DNA from: Eledone cirrhosa | Taxonomy: Eukaryota | Reading direction: 5' to 3' | DNA length: 64,000 nt | NCBI GenBank assembly: GCA_964016885.1 | Contig: OZ024740.1 | Coordinates: forward strand, 179,180,001-179,244,000 | Shown here: piece after piece, positions 1 through 14,570 of the stretch | Position numbering within the stretch: the first letter of the stretch is position 1 | How the letters are laid out: each line of letters starts with the position of its first letter | Translations under genes and position numbers: made by a program | The notes under the pieces: generated by a model | The model's input: the letters and a program-made list of their open reading frames with translations, nothing else | Told to the model about the DNA's origin: nothing | The model's database searches: none

Positions 1-1058
1 ATATCGAACTCAGTATGTGCCGTTGTCCCATTGAGAATTTGTGCGTGCAAGCAACCGCTATGTAGCCACCAAGGGGCTCTGTGTAGGGTTGGGTATTTGG
101 GTTAAGGTGTCAGTATGTGCGATTTCCCGTCAAATGGTCCCTTGGGCTTTTAAGATAGGTATTTGAGTGGTGGAGGTGTGTTATCCAACACAAAAAGTAA
201 AATAAAATAACAAAGAATAGCAAAATCCAGAGGATGTGTGTAGGCCCATTAATGGTGTGTAAGTATTATTGTCCAATCTGTAACCGTGAGCACTCCATAG
301 TTAGATGATCACGGATCAAAACCTAGTGTAGTGTTCAATCGATAGGAACGTGACCAGTCATAACTGTGGGAACTCAGTGTCTAGAGAAACCAGGTACTGT
401 GTGTAGAGTTATGTATAGAGAGCGTAATCGGTCTTAACTGAGTGTGTAATACGTTTAGCTATATCCTAACCGAGAAAACACAATGGTTAGGGTATCCTAA
501 AGTAATGGTGAATGCGCGTAATCGGTCTTACCTGAGTGTGTAATCATTCTAACTATTTACTAACTAAGTATTCTACTGTGCACTCAGCTGTGAGAACTCT
601 GTGGAAACAGGCCGAGTACCGTTTGTAAGTGCGCAAACGATATTAGCTGTCTAACTACCTGAGTGTGTGATTGTCTGTTTTTTGCTAATTGAGAGAACTC
701 TATGGCTAAGGTAGAGGGGAGGAGTTAGTGGTAGGTTACTTTCCAAAAATCCCGCGGAAGGTTTTCGAGGTTCTATGTTGGCAGTTGCTGATAAAATCCG
801 CTCTCCTATTGATTAATAGGGGGCCGCCTCTAATAATATTAAAGGTTTCAGCTATACATAAATTACAGACGCCACTGCTGCCATTATATGGCTGGGCCGA
901 GCAAATTATGGACCAGGATAAGGAGTGCTCTATATTCTGTTGTTTAAGCGTCCAGACTAATTCAGAAAGCGCCGTTCTATTTTTTCTTTGACCTCGCGTC
1001 GGTTTGTGTCGTGATGAAAATGATTGGAAATTTATACCATGCCTTCGGATCTTTATAT
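1..1058. other. Unclassified, relatively GC-rich segment with imperfect internal repeats, probably a retroelement UTR or leader, ending at a (TA)n tract
   Basis: Motif gcgtaatcggtctta(a/c)ctgagtgtgtaat recurs at ~422 and ~517, and partly at ~655; no credible ORF. Confidence 0.25.
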
Positions 1059-1070
1059 TGATATATATAT

Positions 1071-1134
<64 letters not shown>

Positions 1135-1141
<7 letters not shown>

Positions 1142-3503
1142 GTATAATAAACAATACAATATAATTACCTCATTACCAGAGGTTTCCCGAATAAGACGAA
1201 TAAAAAAAACATCCTCATTCGTTCGTCGGACAAGGCAATTTAAAACAGTGAAATATTTGAAAAATCTCCCCAAGAAAGGCAAAAGTTTAACGAACAAAAA
1301 ACTATATAAATGAAAGTAATGCAATAGATATATGAAAATAAAATAAGGAAATATAGTTAGGGTATGTGTATAAATGTGTGTATATTCATTCACAAATGTA
1401 CATATGTATGTATCTACAAATTCATGTGTATAGTGAACAAATGTTTGTGTAAGTACACATGTGAGGGCAAGCATATCAGTGTATGTGTGACCACAAATAC
1501 GTATATAATATATGTTGAAAAAGAAATTGTAAGATAATAGAGTTAACGTACATCCAGATTCAGGTATTAAGGAATGAAATATATACACATACAGGTATGA
1601 AAGCACGCGTATAAACACAAACACACGCACGACCACATACATGCGAGTGATATATACAGGGAAGGGAGTGTATTAGTCAAAGCAGTGTCAGTCTGAGGCT
1701 CGATACATATAAAATAATATATGAGAATAAAATTTTTTTTTAAATTAAAGAGAAAGTAAGCGGGAGGAGTTATCAATTATAAAGTAACACTAGAAAAAAT
1801 AGAAAACAAACATAGGTTCGTACGTGCACATATATATATAAATATATATAAATACGTACAGACAAAAGCACATACATGCGTACATCCATACAAAGGTGCG
1901 CATACATACACACGAAGCACACATATATATATATATATATATAGGCACATGTATATCTAATCACACGCACGTACGCGACTATATATATATACACATGCAT
2001 ACACATACATATATATATACATATACATACATATACATATACATGCACCCATACACACACATACGTATATATAACTATGTAAAAAACATAGATATAAAAA
2101 CACACATACACACACACATATACACACACACGCGCACATACGAATGCGTTCGTATACATATACAAACACGCATACACAGACATGCACACTCACACGCATA
2201 GATACAAATAAAAACCAGCCGTATGAATAAATGAGTACAAATTATACATACATAAAAACGGCTGAGAGACAACAGAATATATCTCGAGTTGAAAACGCAA
2301 GTGACATTGATGTCAGGTAGTGAAAGAAAATGGAGAAGTAAAATGTGTGGAATAATGAAGATATTAGATAAGTGAATCAAAAAGCAGGGCGAGGGGGGGG
2401 GGGGGGTCACTGGTGGATGTGAAGTAAAAATAAAGTTAAAAATAAAAATAAAAATAAAAATAATCTTTGCATGTGAGTGTGCATGTGTGTGTATGCGTGT
2501 TTGTATATGTATACGAACGCATTCGTATGTGCGCGTGTGTGTGTATATGTGTGTGTGTATGTGTGTTTTTATATTTATGTTCTTACATACTTATATATAC
2601 GTGTGTGTGTGTATGGGTGCATGTATATGTATATGTATATATATTATGTGTATGTATGTGTGTGTATATATATATATATATATAGTCGCGTACGTGCCTG
2701 TGATTAGATATATATGTGCATCGTGTGTATGTATGCGCGTCTTTGTATGTATGTACGCATGTATGTGCTTTTGTCTGTACGTATTTATATATATTTATAT
2801 ATATATGTGTACGTATGAACCTATGTTTGTTTTCTATTTTTTTCTAGTGTTACTTTATAATTGATAACCCCTCCCGCTTACTTTCTCTTTAATTTAAAAA
2901 AAATTTGTTATTCTCATATATTTTTATATATGTATCGAGCCTCAGACTGACACTGCTTTGACTAATACACTCCCTTCCCTGTATATATCACTCGCATGTG
3001 TGTGGTCGTGGGTGTGTGTGTGTGTTTATACGCGTGCTTTCATACCTGTATGTGTATATATTTCATTCCTTAATTCCTGAATCTGGATGTACGTTAACTC
3101 TATTATCTTACAATTTCTTTTTCAACATATATTATATACGTATTTGTGGTCACACATACACTGATATGCTTGCCCTCACATATGTACTTACGCACACATT
3201 TTTTCACTATACATATGCATTTGTACATACACACATATGTACATTTGTGAGTGAATATACACACATTTATACACATACCCTAACTATATTTCCTCATTTT
3301 ATTTTTATATATCTCTTGCATTACTTTTATTTATATATTTTTTTGCCCGTTAAACTTTTGCCTTTCTTGAGGAGACTTTCCAAATATTTCACTATGTTTT
3401 ATATTGCCTTGTCCGACGAACGAATGAGGACGTTTTTTGTATTCGTCTTATTCGGAAAACCTCCGGTAATGAGGTAATTATATTGTATTGTTTATTATAC
3501 ATT
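1135..3503. repeat. Long inverted repeat (~1.05 kb arms, ~255 bp spacer); PLE 3' UTR-like arms pointing outward
   Basis: 1135-2210 is the near-identical reverse complement of 2467-3503; left end abuts (TA)n; each outer end has a degenerate hammerhead motif. Confidence 0.9.
3408..3482 (+). ncRNA. Degenerate hammerhead ribozyme motif (mirror copy 1162-1234, minus strand)
   Basis: CCGACGA (U4>C), stem II cgaatga/ttattcg, GAAA, stem III cctc/gagg, TA; stem I weak. Confidence 0.4.
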
Positions 3504-3571
3504 AAATTTAGCTCTGGTACTTACATAGAGCACTCTTCACTCCTATGACTTTTTCAATTTTCAACGGAAAC

Positions 3572-3609
3572 TATATATATATATATATATATATATCTAT
3601 ATCTATATC

Positions 3610-3661
<52 letters not shown>

Positions 3662-3755
3662 AGGAGAGAGATAGAGAAAGAAAGAGAGAGAAAGAGCAGG
3701 AAAGAGAAAGAAAGAGAGAGGGAGAGAGAGCGAGAAAGAGAGAGAGAGATAGAGC
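3572..3755. repeat. (TA)n plus (AG)n microsatellite
   Basis: Direct inspection. Confidence 0.95.
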
Positions 3756-4489
3756 GAAAGACGCATACATATTGATAATCGCTCGTATATTATTATACAC
3801 CATATTTTCTAGTGAAAGATATTCACGTGTCAGTGAATTCAACATATGCACTGATGTTTTTCTACCGTGTTATAAGATGAAGAACTTAAGATGAATTTGA
3901 AGAATTTAAGATTTAAAGGTAAAAGAAAAGAGAAGAAACGAACTTGTAGAAGATTAGAACAGATGAAGTGTAAAAACTTACTTTACAAAGTAAAGAAAAA
4001 AGAAATTGTTAGAAACGAAATATGAAGAAACCCAAAATTATATATATTTGAAAACACGAAAATGAAAAAATAAAAAACTTATTGACATATATGAGAAAAT
4101 ATGTGAAAGGAACGGCTGATGCAGATCTCTCTCCCTCTCTCTCTTTATCTCCTCACGTACGTACAATCACACACACACAAACACAGACACAGACACACAT
4201 TTATATATAGCAACAGAAAATGCACATAGAGAAGGAGCATATTTAACTCGTCAGCTTCCTTGCTGGCGTGCAATTTTAGGCCTTTAGTTAGTAGTTAATA
4301 TTGCACATGTTTATATCGCCATTTTGCACAGCAGATTGGAGAACTGTTCTGTGGGTAAGATGTAAGCGAGACAATAGCAAATTAAAGAATTGACAGGTAA
4401 ATTTGCGGTTGTCTTTCGACAAAACCAGAAAATAATACGTAAACAATTACGACCGGATGTAAGTAGAGATAGAGGATAATATGTACAAT

Positions 4490-4560
4490 ATGCAATACGG
4501 TAATCGAACCCAAGATATTATGATCATAGGGTCAACACTCTAAAAACTAGACCACACACC
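4490..4560 (-). mobile_element. Degenerate tRNA-derived SINE head
   Basis: Minus strand gtggtctagt...gggttcgattacc resembles pol III A and B boxes. Confidence 0.4.
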
Positions 4561-4630
4561 CTTAGACACCTCCACTCCACATACTTACACATGCACACAT
4601 ATAGCACGCAAGAGATTAATATCCCCCCCC

Positions 4631-4683
<53 letters not shown>

Positions 4684-4800
4684 AATAATTGTTTCTACTT
4701 TAGACACAAGGTCATCAATTACCCAGTACATTACTGAAAATGAGGAGAGGGAGTACACGAGTTTGGATATATACACACACACACACACACAGACACACAC

Positions 4801-4885
<85 letters not shown>

Positions 4886-5245
4886 TCTTTACACACACAT
4901 ACATCAAAAGTACATGCAAACACAGACATATGCGCACATACATGCCTCAAAATAATTTTGCACGTATATAGGCTAAAGAGCTTTTACTTGTAAAACAAAT
5001 ATAGAAATATAATATAAGTTTCAATAAAATCTGTTAGTTTTTGTGAGAATTCTTATAGACACAATGTTGATTTAAACAACTGTTTGAGGCATCTGACTGG
5101 AAGTTTCTTTCCTATAGATTCCTGTATCCCTCCGAGTCACTGACGTTTGTAGGTTTACGGTTCATTAATATTCGGGGTTCTACTCGTCTTCCTTAGTTCA
5201 CGTTTTCTTCTCTTATTTAGAGTCAGTACTGTAAATAGATGGTGA

Positions 5246-5371
<126 letters not shown>

Positions 5372-5688
5372 GTATAATATAACCTTTCTATATTGAAACG
5401 TTCTGATGAATTACCCCTGTCACGAGAATGATTACTCAAAACCATAGTGGAGTTTCACCTTTCTATTCCCAGGAGATGGATTCCTACAGGTTTTAAATGC
5501 CCAAGAAAAGCCCTATGTAATTACAGCGCCCATAAGACAACGCCAGGAGTTACGAAACCATACACACATTGATAGGGCCATCAGACGAGACACTTCTCTG
5601 ATGAATCTGTGAATACATAGACAAAACTCTAGAATAACAGGGATCTGTCATAACCTTTATTATTATTGTTGTTATTACGTATTATTAT

Positions 5689-6210
5689 GAGGGCGGTGGA
5701 TTGGCAGTATTAGTAGAGGGTCGGACGCCATGCTTTCCAGCATAGTTACGTCCCTTTACGATCTGAGTTCAAATCCCGCCGAGGTGACTTTGCCTTTCCT
5801 CCTTACGGGGTCGATAAAATAAAGTACCAGTAATGAACTGAGTAATTGCTGGCCTTGTGCCTAAAGTAGAAACAATTATTGTTGTTATTACGTTCTTATT
5901 CAAATACCACCGAGGTTAGCCTTTCATTCTTACGGGGTCGATAAAATTAAGCCCCAGTAATGCACTGGAGTCGATTTAATGAATTTTCCCTCCCTTCAAA
6001 ATGCTGGCCTTGTCCCTAAAGTAGAAACAGTTATTATTATTCCTAGATATGTGATTGTCAGTATCGGTTGAGCGTCAGACAACATGCTTTGTGGTATATA
6101 GTTACGGCCATTTACGTTTTAAGTTCAAATCCCTCTGAGGCTAGCTTTGCCTTTCATCCTTACGGGGTCGATAAAATAAAGTTTAGTAACGCACCGGCGT
6201 CAATTTACTC
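5689..6210 (+). mobile_element. Cluster of three tRNA-derived SINE copies (5689-5880 full; ~5905-6040 and ~6045-6210 partial), MetaSINE/octopus OR-like
   Basis: A box ggtggattggcag, B box gagttcaaatcc, core gcctttcatccttacggggtcgataaaat, tail ctggccttgtgcctaaagtagaaacaattatt. Confidence 0.85.
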
Positions 6211-6329
6211 GATTTTTGCATTCCTGCAAATTATTATTAGTAGAAGAAGCCGACATCAACTCCCTCTTTCTGTCACACACACACACACACATACACTCAC
6301 ACTCTTTCTCTAAACAAATGACGTTCCTT

Positions 6330-7500
6330 TTCTCTCTTTATTTATATAGATCTCTTTTACTCGGCGCTCCTCCTCGCTCCATATAGATGAGGGCGAAGTC
6401 ATAACTTTCTGTCTATCTACCTTAATCAGTTCTCTTATTATAATATAGATTTCTAAGAGCAGCTGATTTTGGTTTCATTTTCAGAAGCTGAATCCCTACG
6501 TTTTACACTGGTATCCACTTTTCGGAACCTTTCCATTTCGAACGTTTGGTTCACCAGGAATGTCTCCTCTCCCCCGTCTCTATGTTGGCTTTGGAACTTT
6601 TGCTGCGGAGAATAGAAATGTTGAAAAGAAATCCGCTTGAACGTGGTCACAAAAGAGCTGTGTCTAATCATGGTATCAGACACTTCAGATATAGAAGTTG
6701 TCGGACCCCTAATAGAAGAATACTAGCCGGTTAATAGAGCCTCTATTAACTCGTACATAGAGAGGGAAGTCCATGCCGTTAAGTGGGAATAAATTCTTGA
6801 AGTGTAGTTTGATTTGGACCTCCAGTTAGACAACGACTGGGAGGAGGCCACGAATAAGGTAGCCAATCTCATTCAGAAATAGACAAAGAGAAATATCGGG
6901 TGGAGGTGGCAAACACATACATTGCCTCCGTGGTATATTACCACCTGCCCTTGGTACCACCCTCCCAAACTCACCGGACAAAACTGGAACGCATGCCCTT
7001 ACAATTGTCGTGAAAAGGACCCACTGGTCAGAAAATCCGTGTGCTACCAACATCCTCTTTATGGAGGCCACGGAAAGTCATCACTGTTGATATAAAAAAA
7101 CTGGACAGAAGAGTCGGAGACGGAGTTGTTGAAGGTGAGGGCAGGATGAAAAGACTAGGCGAAGAAAAGAAATGAGTCGGGCTGTTTTAGGGGCTTGACG
7201 AGAAGGAAATGGAGTTGAACAATCTACTCCAAGAGCAAGATTAGTGTCCTAAATGTGGGAGGTGGTCATCGACGTGTAGCGGGCTAAGGAAGGTGGCAAG
7301 GAGATTGGTAAGTTATTGGAAGATTATTTCAGTCGGGCAGTTGCTTGCGGAAACGATAGGATGACCGGGATTATCGGGTTTATATATATTGGGGTGGATG
7401 TAGATGTTGGGTGTGCGTACTATAAGATTAGTGGCAGTGGGGGTAGGATTGAGGAGGAAATGAATTGGGAAATGGTGGAGGATAAGAGCTGTTGGTACAC
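6330..7500 (-). mobile_element. Degenerate Penelope-like RT fragment
   Basis: Minus translation near 7440-7300, NIYIHPNIYKPDNPGHPIVSASNCPTE, matches the PLE RT motif FYxLPKIHKPxxPGRPIVSxxxxPTE; many stops. Confidence 0.6.
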
Positions 7501-7754
7501 TAATATTTATTAAATCATTTTATGAATCAGACAAAAAAGTAGAAACGAAATATTGTACGGCATGGCCCCGTAAACTAATGATGGAGTCGTAGGTTCGCCG
7601 TATCGACATATGGTATTTCTTAGGCTTTTTCAGTCTGATAGAGCCCATCTCCTCTTCAGGCCTGAGTACAGGTGATATCCTTCAAGGAAGGATAGAGATA
7701 TTGAGAGAGAGCAAGTAAGAAAGAGATATAGAGGAATAATTAACCACAACACTA

Positions 7755-7890
7755 GACATTTTTATCGACCTCGAAAGAATGAAAGCACAAGTTGACCTCG
7801 GCAGGATTTGAACTGAATGAGCACAGAGCCGGACCAAATACCATAATTCATTCTATCCGACATTCTAACAACTCTGCCATTTCGCCGGCT
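7755..7890 (-). mobile_element. Diverged SINE copy
   Basis: ttttatcgacc...gatttgaact...ctgccatttcgccg is the reverse complement of the SINE consensus. Confidence 0.7.
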
Positions 7891-9899
7891 TATAAATGAA
7901 ACATAACCGAAATTAAATAAATATATTTCACTGATATTTCAGATGTTTACTTGTTACAAGTGAGAAATAATTAGTATGACACTACATTGTTATAATGTTG
8001 CTATTAAGTTAATGACCGTTGTCATCCATCTTGTAGATTTCCAATCGAAAGTTTATTTAAACTCGTACTATTCCCATCGATATCAAAGTATTTCTTTGTA
8101 TAATTTTTTATATTTATCTAGGGATTTTTTTATTTGTAACAGTGCGATTGATTACCTTCTTGATGTTTTTGAATTTTGCCTCCAACATGTCGAAACGTCA
8201 TATCAGTAATCAGAGCATGTCTTTCAAAGAATTCTACATGACGATAGCTATAATGTACTTATCTAGTACACTATATCTTTGTCTTGCATTAGTTGACCTA
8301 ATATGTTGAACTCATAATGATTTCTCTAATTATTATTAATGACTCTCATAATTTTAGGTAAAAACCCAATTCTTTACAGATACGTACACACAGGCACACA
8401 CACCCACACACACACACACGCGCGCGCGCGCACACACACACACACGCACACACACACGCACGCACAGACACACACACACACACATATATATATATTATAA
8501 AGAACGAAAAATCAGTAATGCATCAAACCACAATATATTACATATTTGAACCCGACTCGCAGCTCACTTCCATCGTCTAGCAGCACTTTTGATAGTATTG
8601 ATGCGATTGTAGTTACAATTGACTGCTATTGTGGGTGGTTAGTTATTTTCTACACTGTAATTATTGCTAGCCTTAGGGTGAAAGAGAGGACTGTATTGAC
8701 TGTGCATGAATTTATATCTATTTGTTTTTCTGTCCCTATTTTCGCTTCCCACAGATCACTTCCGAAATCTAGTAGCCCTTTTAATAGTATTGAAGCCATT
8801 GTAGTTACAACTGACTGCTATTGTTTTTTCTACACTGTATTTATTACTGGCCTTGTGCCTTAGGATGGAAGCGAGGCCTTTTTGTTGCCGCGTCACCATG
8901 GTGGGATCATCACTGGTGTTGATGTTATTGTTGTTACCGCTGTCTGGCTCTTGGGTAATGGCTACTCGCTGCCACTGACTGGATACTAATATCAATGATA
9001 CCACCAGTACTACGACGACCGAAGTAGGTGATGGGCGGTGTTAATGTTTGTTGCCGTTACTATTGTTGTTGTTTCTATGGTCTTGGTGAAAGATGCCATC
9101 AAGTCTGTGTATCAACCTACCTCAGAGTTCAGTTTATTGCTGTGGTAGTTGTTATCGTTGTTGTTGTCGGCGGGGTTGGACCATCACTACGACTGCTACG
9201 GCTAATGTACGCGACGTGAGCCCGTGTTTTTGCTGTTCTTCTCGTTGTTGTTGTTGCTGTTGTTGTAGCTGTTTATTGTAGCTGTTGCTATTGTTGTTGT
9301 TGTCAGAAGGATAGTACTATCAATACGACTGCTACGACCAGTGTGGACGACTTTTTGTCGGTGTTTTACTGTTGTTGTCGTTGTTGTTGTTGTTGTTGCT
9401 GCTGTTGTTGTCGTTGTTGTTGTTGTTGCTGCTGTTGTTGTCGTTGTAGCTGTTATCTTAATGTGGCTGTCAACAAAATATATACCCCACCCTCCCTTGT
9501 AGCTCCATTTATTACTTCCACTATCTACTGGAGTTGGCTACACACAGTTTTTCCGTTTTTTCGTTTGATACAGATCAGCATACATGAGAGGTTACCTCTC
9601 TGCTAATTTACAACCTCAACTCTGCGAGAATTCTGTTTTCACTAATTGACACGTTGATAGCACTTTATTCCAGCAAACACGACGACTAGGAGACCCTTTC
9701 AGGAACGTATATGCAAGCAATAGAACGATTTTTCTTTTCCTGCATATCAAACAAATCGGATATCATCTGAGGATACTTCTCGATTGCATGGAGAACCGTG
9801 GAAATCTAAACTATAATAAAGGAAGGTCTGCCGGATTGCGTACGGTTTATTAGTTTTTTTTATCCCGTTTGTAAAATAAGTTGGATTACTTTGAATAAA

Positions 9900-10285
9900 T
9901 AATTGTTTCTACTTTTGGCACAAAGCCAGGAATTATCCCAGTGCATTACTGGTACTTTATTTTATCGAGCCCGTAAGGATAAAAGGCAAAGTTAACCTCG
10001 GCGGAATTTGAACTGAGAATAGAAAAGGCCAGAACTCTATGTGTCAACGCATGGCGTCCGACCTTCTACCGATACTGCCAATCCACTTTAAATAAATAAT
10101 TGTTTCTTCTTTAGGCACAAGGCCAGCAATTATCCAGTGCATTACTGGTACTTTATTTTATCGACTCCGTAAGGATGAAAGGCAAAGTCAACCTCGGCGG
10201 GATTTGAACTCAGACCGTAAAGGGACGTAACTATGCTGGAAAGCATGGCGTCCGACCCTCTACCGATACTGCCAATCCACCGCCT
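9900..10285 (-). mobile_element. Tandem pair of SINE copies (9900-10087, 10097-10285)
   Basis: Two full reverse-complement matches to the SINE consensus. Confidence 0.9.
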
Positions 10286-11269
10286 TAAAATCCACCACTT
10301 TAAATAAATAATGAATGAATATTACATAATTTATCTACTTAATTTCGTAAACAAAAATAATTCCGTAAAAATAAATAATTTAAAATTGACTTCTATTCAA
10401 AGTTGCACTTCCGGTATATCGTTGCCACCACCACCACTTCAACTACTATATATATGTAGAAAGAGAGAGTGTGTGATGAGAGAGATAGAGAGATTATTAT
10501 TTTCTACACCTGACGCGTATGATTGTGCACATACATATATCTATATGTATGAGTATATAACTATTATGAGTAAATAACTATAATCGCGCTAACACAAACT
10601 TATAAAAATACACTATTACGGACATAAGTCACACAAATACACATACTTTCACACAAATATACATACATTCACACATACTTTCACACAAACATACATACAT
10701 TCACACATATACATTTACACAAACACACACATACAGTCATGATAGCGTTCTGTTTAATTGGAGATGGGAGGGTATACTTTCACACAAACATACATACATT
10801 CACACATACTCTCAGACAAACATACATACATTCATACAAATACATTTACACAAACACACGCAGACAGTCATGATAGCGTTCGGTTTAATTGGAAATGGGA
10901 GGGTAAAACAAGTATAACGTTTTATTTATTTATTAACTCTTCTTCCGGTGGCGATCGCTTAAATAAACATACTAATTTTCTCCTAATGCAGTTTATATAT
11001 AATATCGTCTTTTTTAATGTATCATGGATTACGTTACTGATTACATAAGACAGTGTAACACAGTGTTCGTTCAATTTCTGTGTATATTGTCAATTACGAT
11101 TTTATTTGATGTATCATATCTACATGTATACATACCTGCGTATAATATCAATATACACACTACACATGCTAGCAGAAAACCACCCGTAATCTAGTGATTA
11201 AACGATTTTTGTAACCTCAGCATCTTATTTTGTTATATATATATATATAGGAATATGTATATCATACAT

Positions 11270-11480
<211 letters not shown>

Positions 11481-11778
11481 AATGATATATATATCATTTT
11501 TATATGAGTTTATTTATATTTTTATGATTATATGTTATCAGCTTTCTCTCATTTTGACCATTGTGACTCTAGAAGTATCTATTTCAATTAGTATGACAAA
11601 ATCCATTACGTTTCTCAACAAGGAAATTTAGAAGCAAAATTAAACAAATTTCAGGTGAAGTTTCGAGAATAATTATCTGATTACTTTCTTTTAAAATTCA
11701 CAAATAAGATGCAGACGTGCGAGTATTTGAGTCTATACAAACGTGCATTCGAATGAATACATATATATCCGAGTATAC

Positions 11779-11893
<115 letters not shown>

Positions 11894-12682
11894 AATTGGT
11901 GGTATTTATACATTGGAGGAAAGCAACTGTCAAGGGCCCAGCAAAAGATTCCAGGCATGTTTCTCGGTGTCGGAGCAGCTGGGGTAGTTGTGTTTATTCT
12001 GAGAGCCGGCGTCACAATAGGTTCTCACGGAAATATATGAGAAAGGAAGTAGGGCATGACAACTAAAGGAAATATTGGCAGCATTGTTTTTATAGTAGTT
12101 GCCAGCACGCTGGGTCGTGTTATAATAGTAGTTGTTATTATAGTTACCAGTTTTTCTGTCACCGCTGCTGTAGTTGATGGTCGTGCTGACGTCGTTGATG
12201 GCGTTATAGTGGTTATTGCTATTGTCGATGGTATTGTTGAAGTCGCTATTGTCGTCGTTGTTGTTGTTGTTGTTGTTGTTGACGTAGCTGCCAATCCGGT
12301 AACTAGTGCAAACCCTATTTACCCGACACACAATCACACTTCGTCTGTGACAACTTTCACCATAACTTGATTAAATACCGATAGAAATGTAATTATTTAT
12401 ATCTACACGTCTGAGGAGCAGTTCGATTCTTTACTCAAGTTGATTAAAATCTCGAGCCGATTATCTGCGACCCATATGGCGCGACTGATATGGAATATAA
12501 AATATTTTTAAATGAAATTTCGTTATCTCATAGATAATGTACACATTCTGTGGATTAAAAATGTGTAATACGGCGGCAATAACACATTATGTTTGAAATT
12601 GTCGTGTTCAAGTAATAGCATTGATTGCTCATATTGGTTCTCCCTACAGTAATCAACAAACATTACTGTATAACCTCACAGT

Positions 12683-12719
<37 letters not shown>

Positions 12720-12745
12720 ATTGGAAACTCTTCTTCGTAGAATCG

Positions 12746-12843
12746 AGACATATCTGAGGGATCTTGCGATTTCAGAGTCAGGTTTGATCATTGCATCGAT
12801 CGTGCCTCGAGCTGGTCGCTAGAGAAACGATTGTAATATGTCT
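12746..12843 (+). ncRNA. Type I hammerhead ribozyme motif (variant core)
   Basis: Stem I agacatat/atatgtct (8 bp), CTGAGGGA core, stem II tcttgcga/tcgctaga, GAAA-cgattg-TA, followed by AATAAA. Confidence 0.6.
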
Positions 12844-12896
12844 AATAAATCTTATTCGTCGCACTGATTCTCCGTTTCTTATGTTATATATATATA

Positions 12897-13716
12897 CAAT
12901 ACAATTAGTTAGCACCCGAACGTTTAATTAGGAATATACTCAGTTATTTCCTAATGTTTGTTGAGTGAGTTGGAATTTGGTCGGAGTATCGCTATTAGCT
13001 TTCTCCGATTATGTATTTATATATTTACCCTTGGTGCAACGGATATGAACTTTCCCGATATAAGGTATGACTCTCTTTGTTTATTTTTTATATGAATATT
13101 GATTGTTTCTTGTATCTCATTCTGTTATTTTGCCCGAGAAAATATCTGTGTGTCATCAAGCGATGTACACATACGGTTATCTTTTCAAATCCAATTGAGA
13201 TCTAGCACGTGGCTTGAATTCTTTTCAGAATTCATTGACCTGCCCATGTATTGTGTTTTGGCGGCAATCTCCTTCCTCCTTTTTTGAGACAGTGTGAGAT
13301 TTTCTTTAGAACTGCTTGGCCAACAACCTAGCAGCTACCTCAAGCACTGAAGGTGATTGTCGCTAGACATTGATGTTGATTTGATTATCAATATTAATAT
13401 TATTGGGCACCCACTGAAGAATTATAAGAGCCCACTTGAATAAATATCTGTTGATCTTATACAAGCTTCTACATAAATTGGTATAATTTCACCCAACTTG
13501 TTGAAATCTTATAATGAAACGAGACGTCCGTCTGGGAAGGGATATATTTGATATATCTCATATGAAATGATACAGCCAATTTTCCACACAATACAATTAG
13601 TTAGCATCCCGAACGTTTAATTAGGAATATACTCAGTTATTTCCTAATGTTTGTTGAGTGAGTTGGGATTTGGCCGGAGTATCGCTATTAGCTTTCTCCG
13701 ATTATGTATTTATATA
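12897..13716. repeat. ~128 bp direct repeats (12897-13024, 13588-13716) flanking a degenerate retroelement-like fragment
   Basis: caatacaattagttagca...ccgattatgtatttatatat duplicated almost exactly, with (TA)n at both outer edges. Confidence 0.8.
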
Positions 13717-13904
13717 TATATATATTTATTTATATATATATGTATAATCAAGAAAGAAGAGTGACACGGTTTGCTATACAATAAGGGCTTTAATCCCTAA
13801 CTGGACTACATCTAAGTGGACTACCTATAACAATAATTTGTTATCCCGTATATTATATATATATAGTTTTGCGAGGTTTTTGATATGAAATCGTGTGTCG
13901 AAAC

Positions 13905-14570
13905 AAATCTTGTTATACTTGGAGAGGCTATTATGTTTCCTCCCGTTGCATTGTATGCTTACGCCATCTTTATTTAGTCTGTTTATTTATTTGTTTATTT
14001 TTTTTGTCTTCTCTGCGTATGCGTTTGCGTGTGTGTATATTGTTTTGTTTGATGTGTGTTCTTGTTTGGGTGACTGTGTATTGGTTAATGTATTCTATCT
14101 TAGTTTACTAGTGTGTGTTTATATGTGTTTGTTTTTATTGTGCTAAGATAGAATACATTAACCAATACACAGTCACCCAAACAAGAACACACATCAAACA
14201 AAACACTATACACACACGCAAACGCATGCGCAGAGAAGACAAAAAAATGAACAAATAAATAAATAAATAAACAGACTAAATAAATATGGCGTAGCATTCA
14301 ATGCAACGGGAGGAAACATAATAGCACCACTGACGATGTTGCAGATGTGCAACGAAAGATCTTTGATAGACTATATATATATGTGTTTGTGTCTATATTG
14401 TATCTGTATTTTTGACCGTTGGTCAGTCAATGGCAACATTGAGGACCGAATAAATTAAATTAACCGATATAAAAGACACAGAAGCGAAAACCAACCAAAC
14501 AGTGAGTGTGTTCTGTTATTAATTCTGGCAATACTATTACACAAATATGACCCTCCCCAAGTATAACAAT
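13905..14570. mobile_element. PLE 3' end with inverted pseudo-LTR
   Basis: 13925-14105 is the reverse complement of 14143-14325; terminus ccctcccaagtataacaat shared with 24190-24211 and 38643-38664. Confidence 0.75.
14325..14378 (+). ncRNA. Hammerhead ribozyme core
   Basis: CTGACGA, stem II gttgca/tgcaac, GAAA, bulged stem III g(a)tct/agac, TA; stem I poorly paired. Confidence 0.55.

Noticed and set aside
5400-5650. Two CTGATGA motifs (~5403, ~5598) as hammerheads
   Set aside because: No properly placed GAAA with stems I and III
5689-5790. tRNA-like A and B boxes
   Set aside because: SINE heads followed by core and tail; no complete cloverleaf
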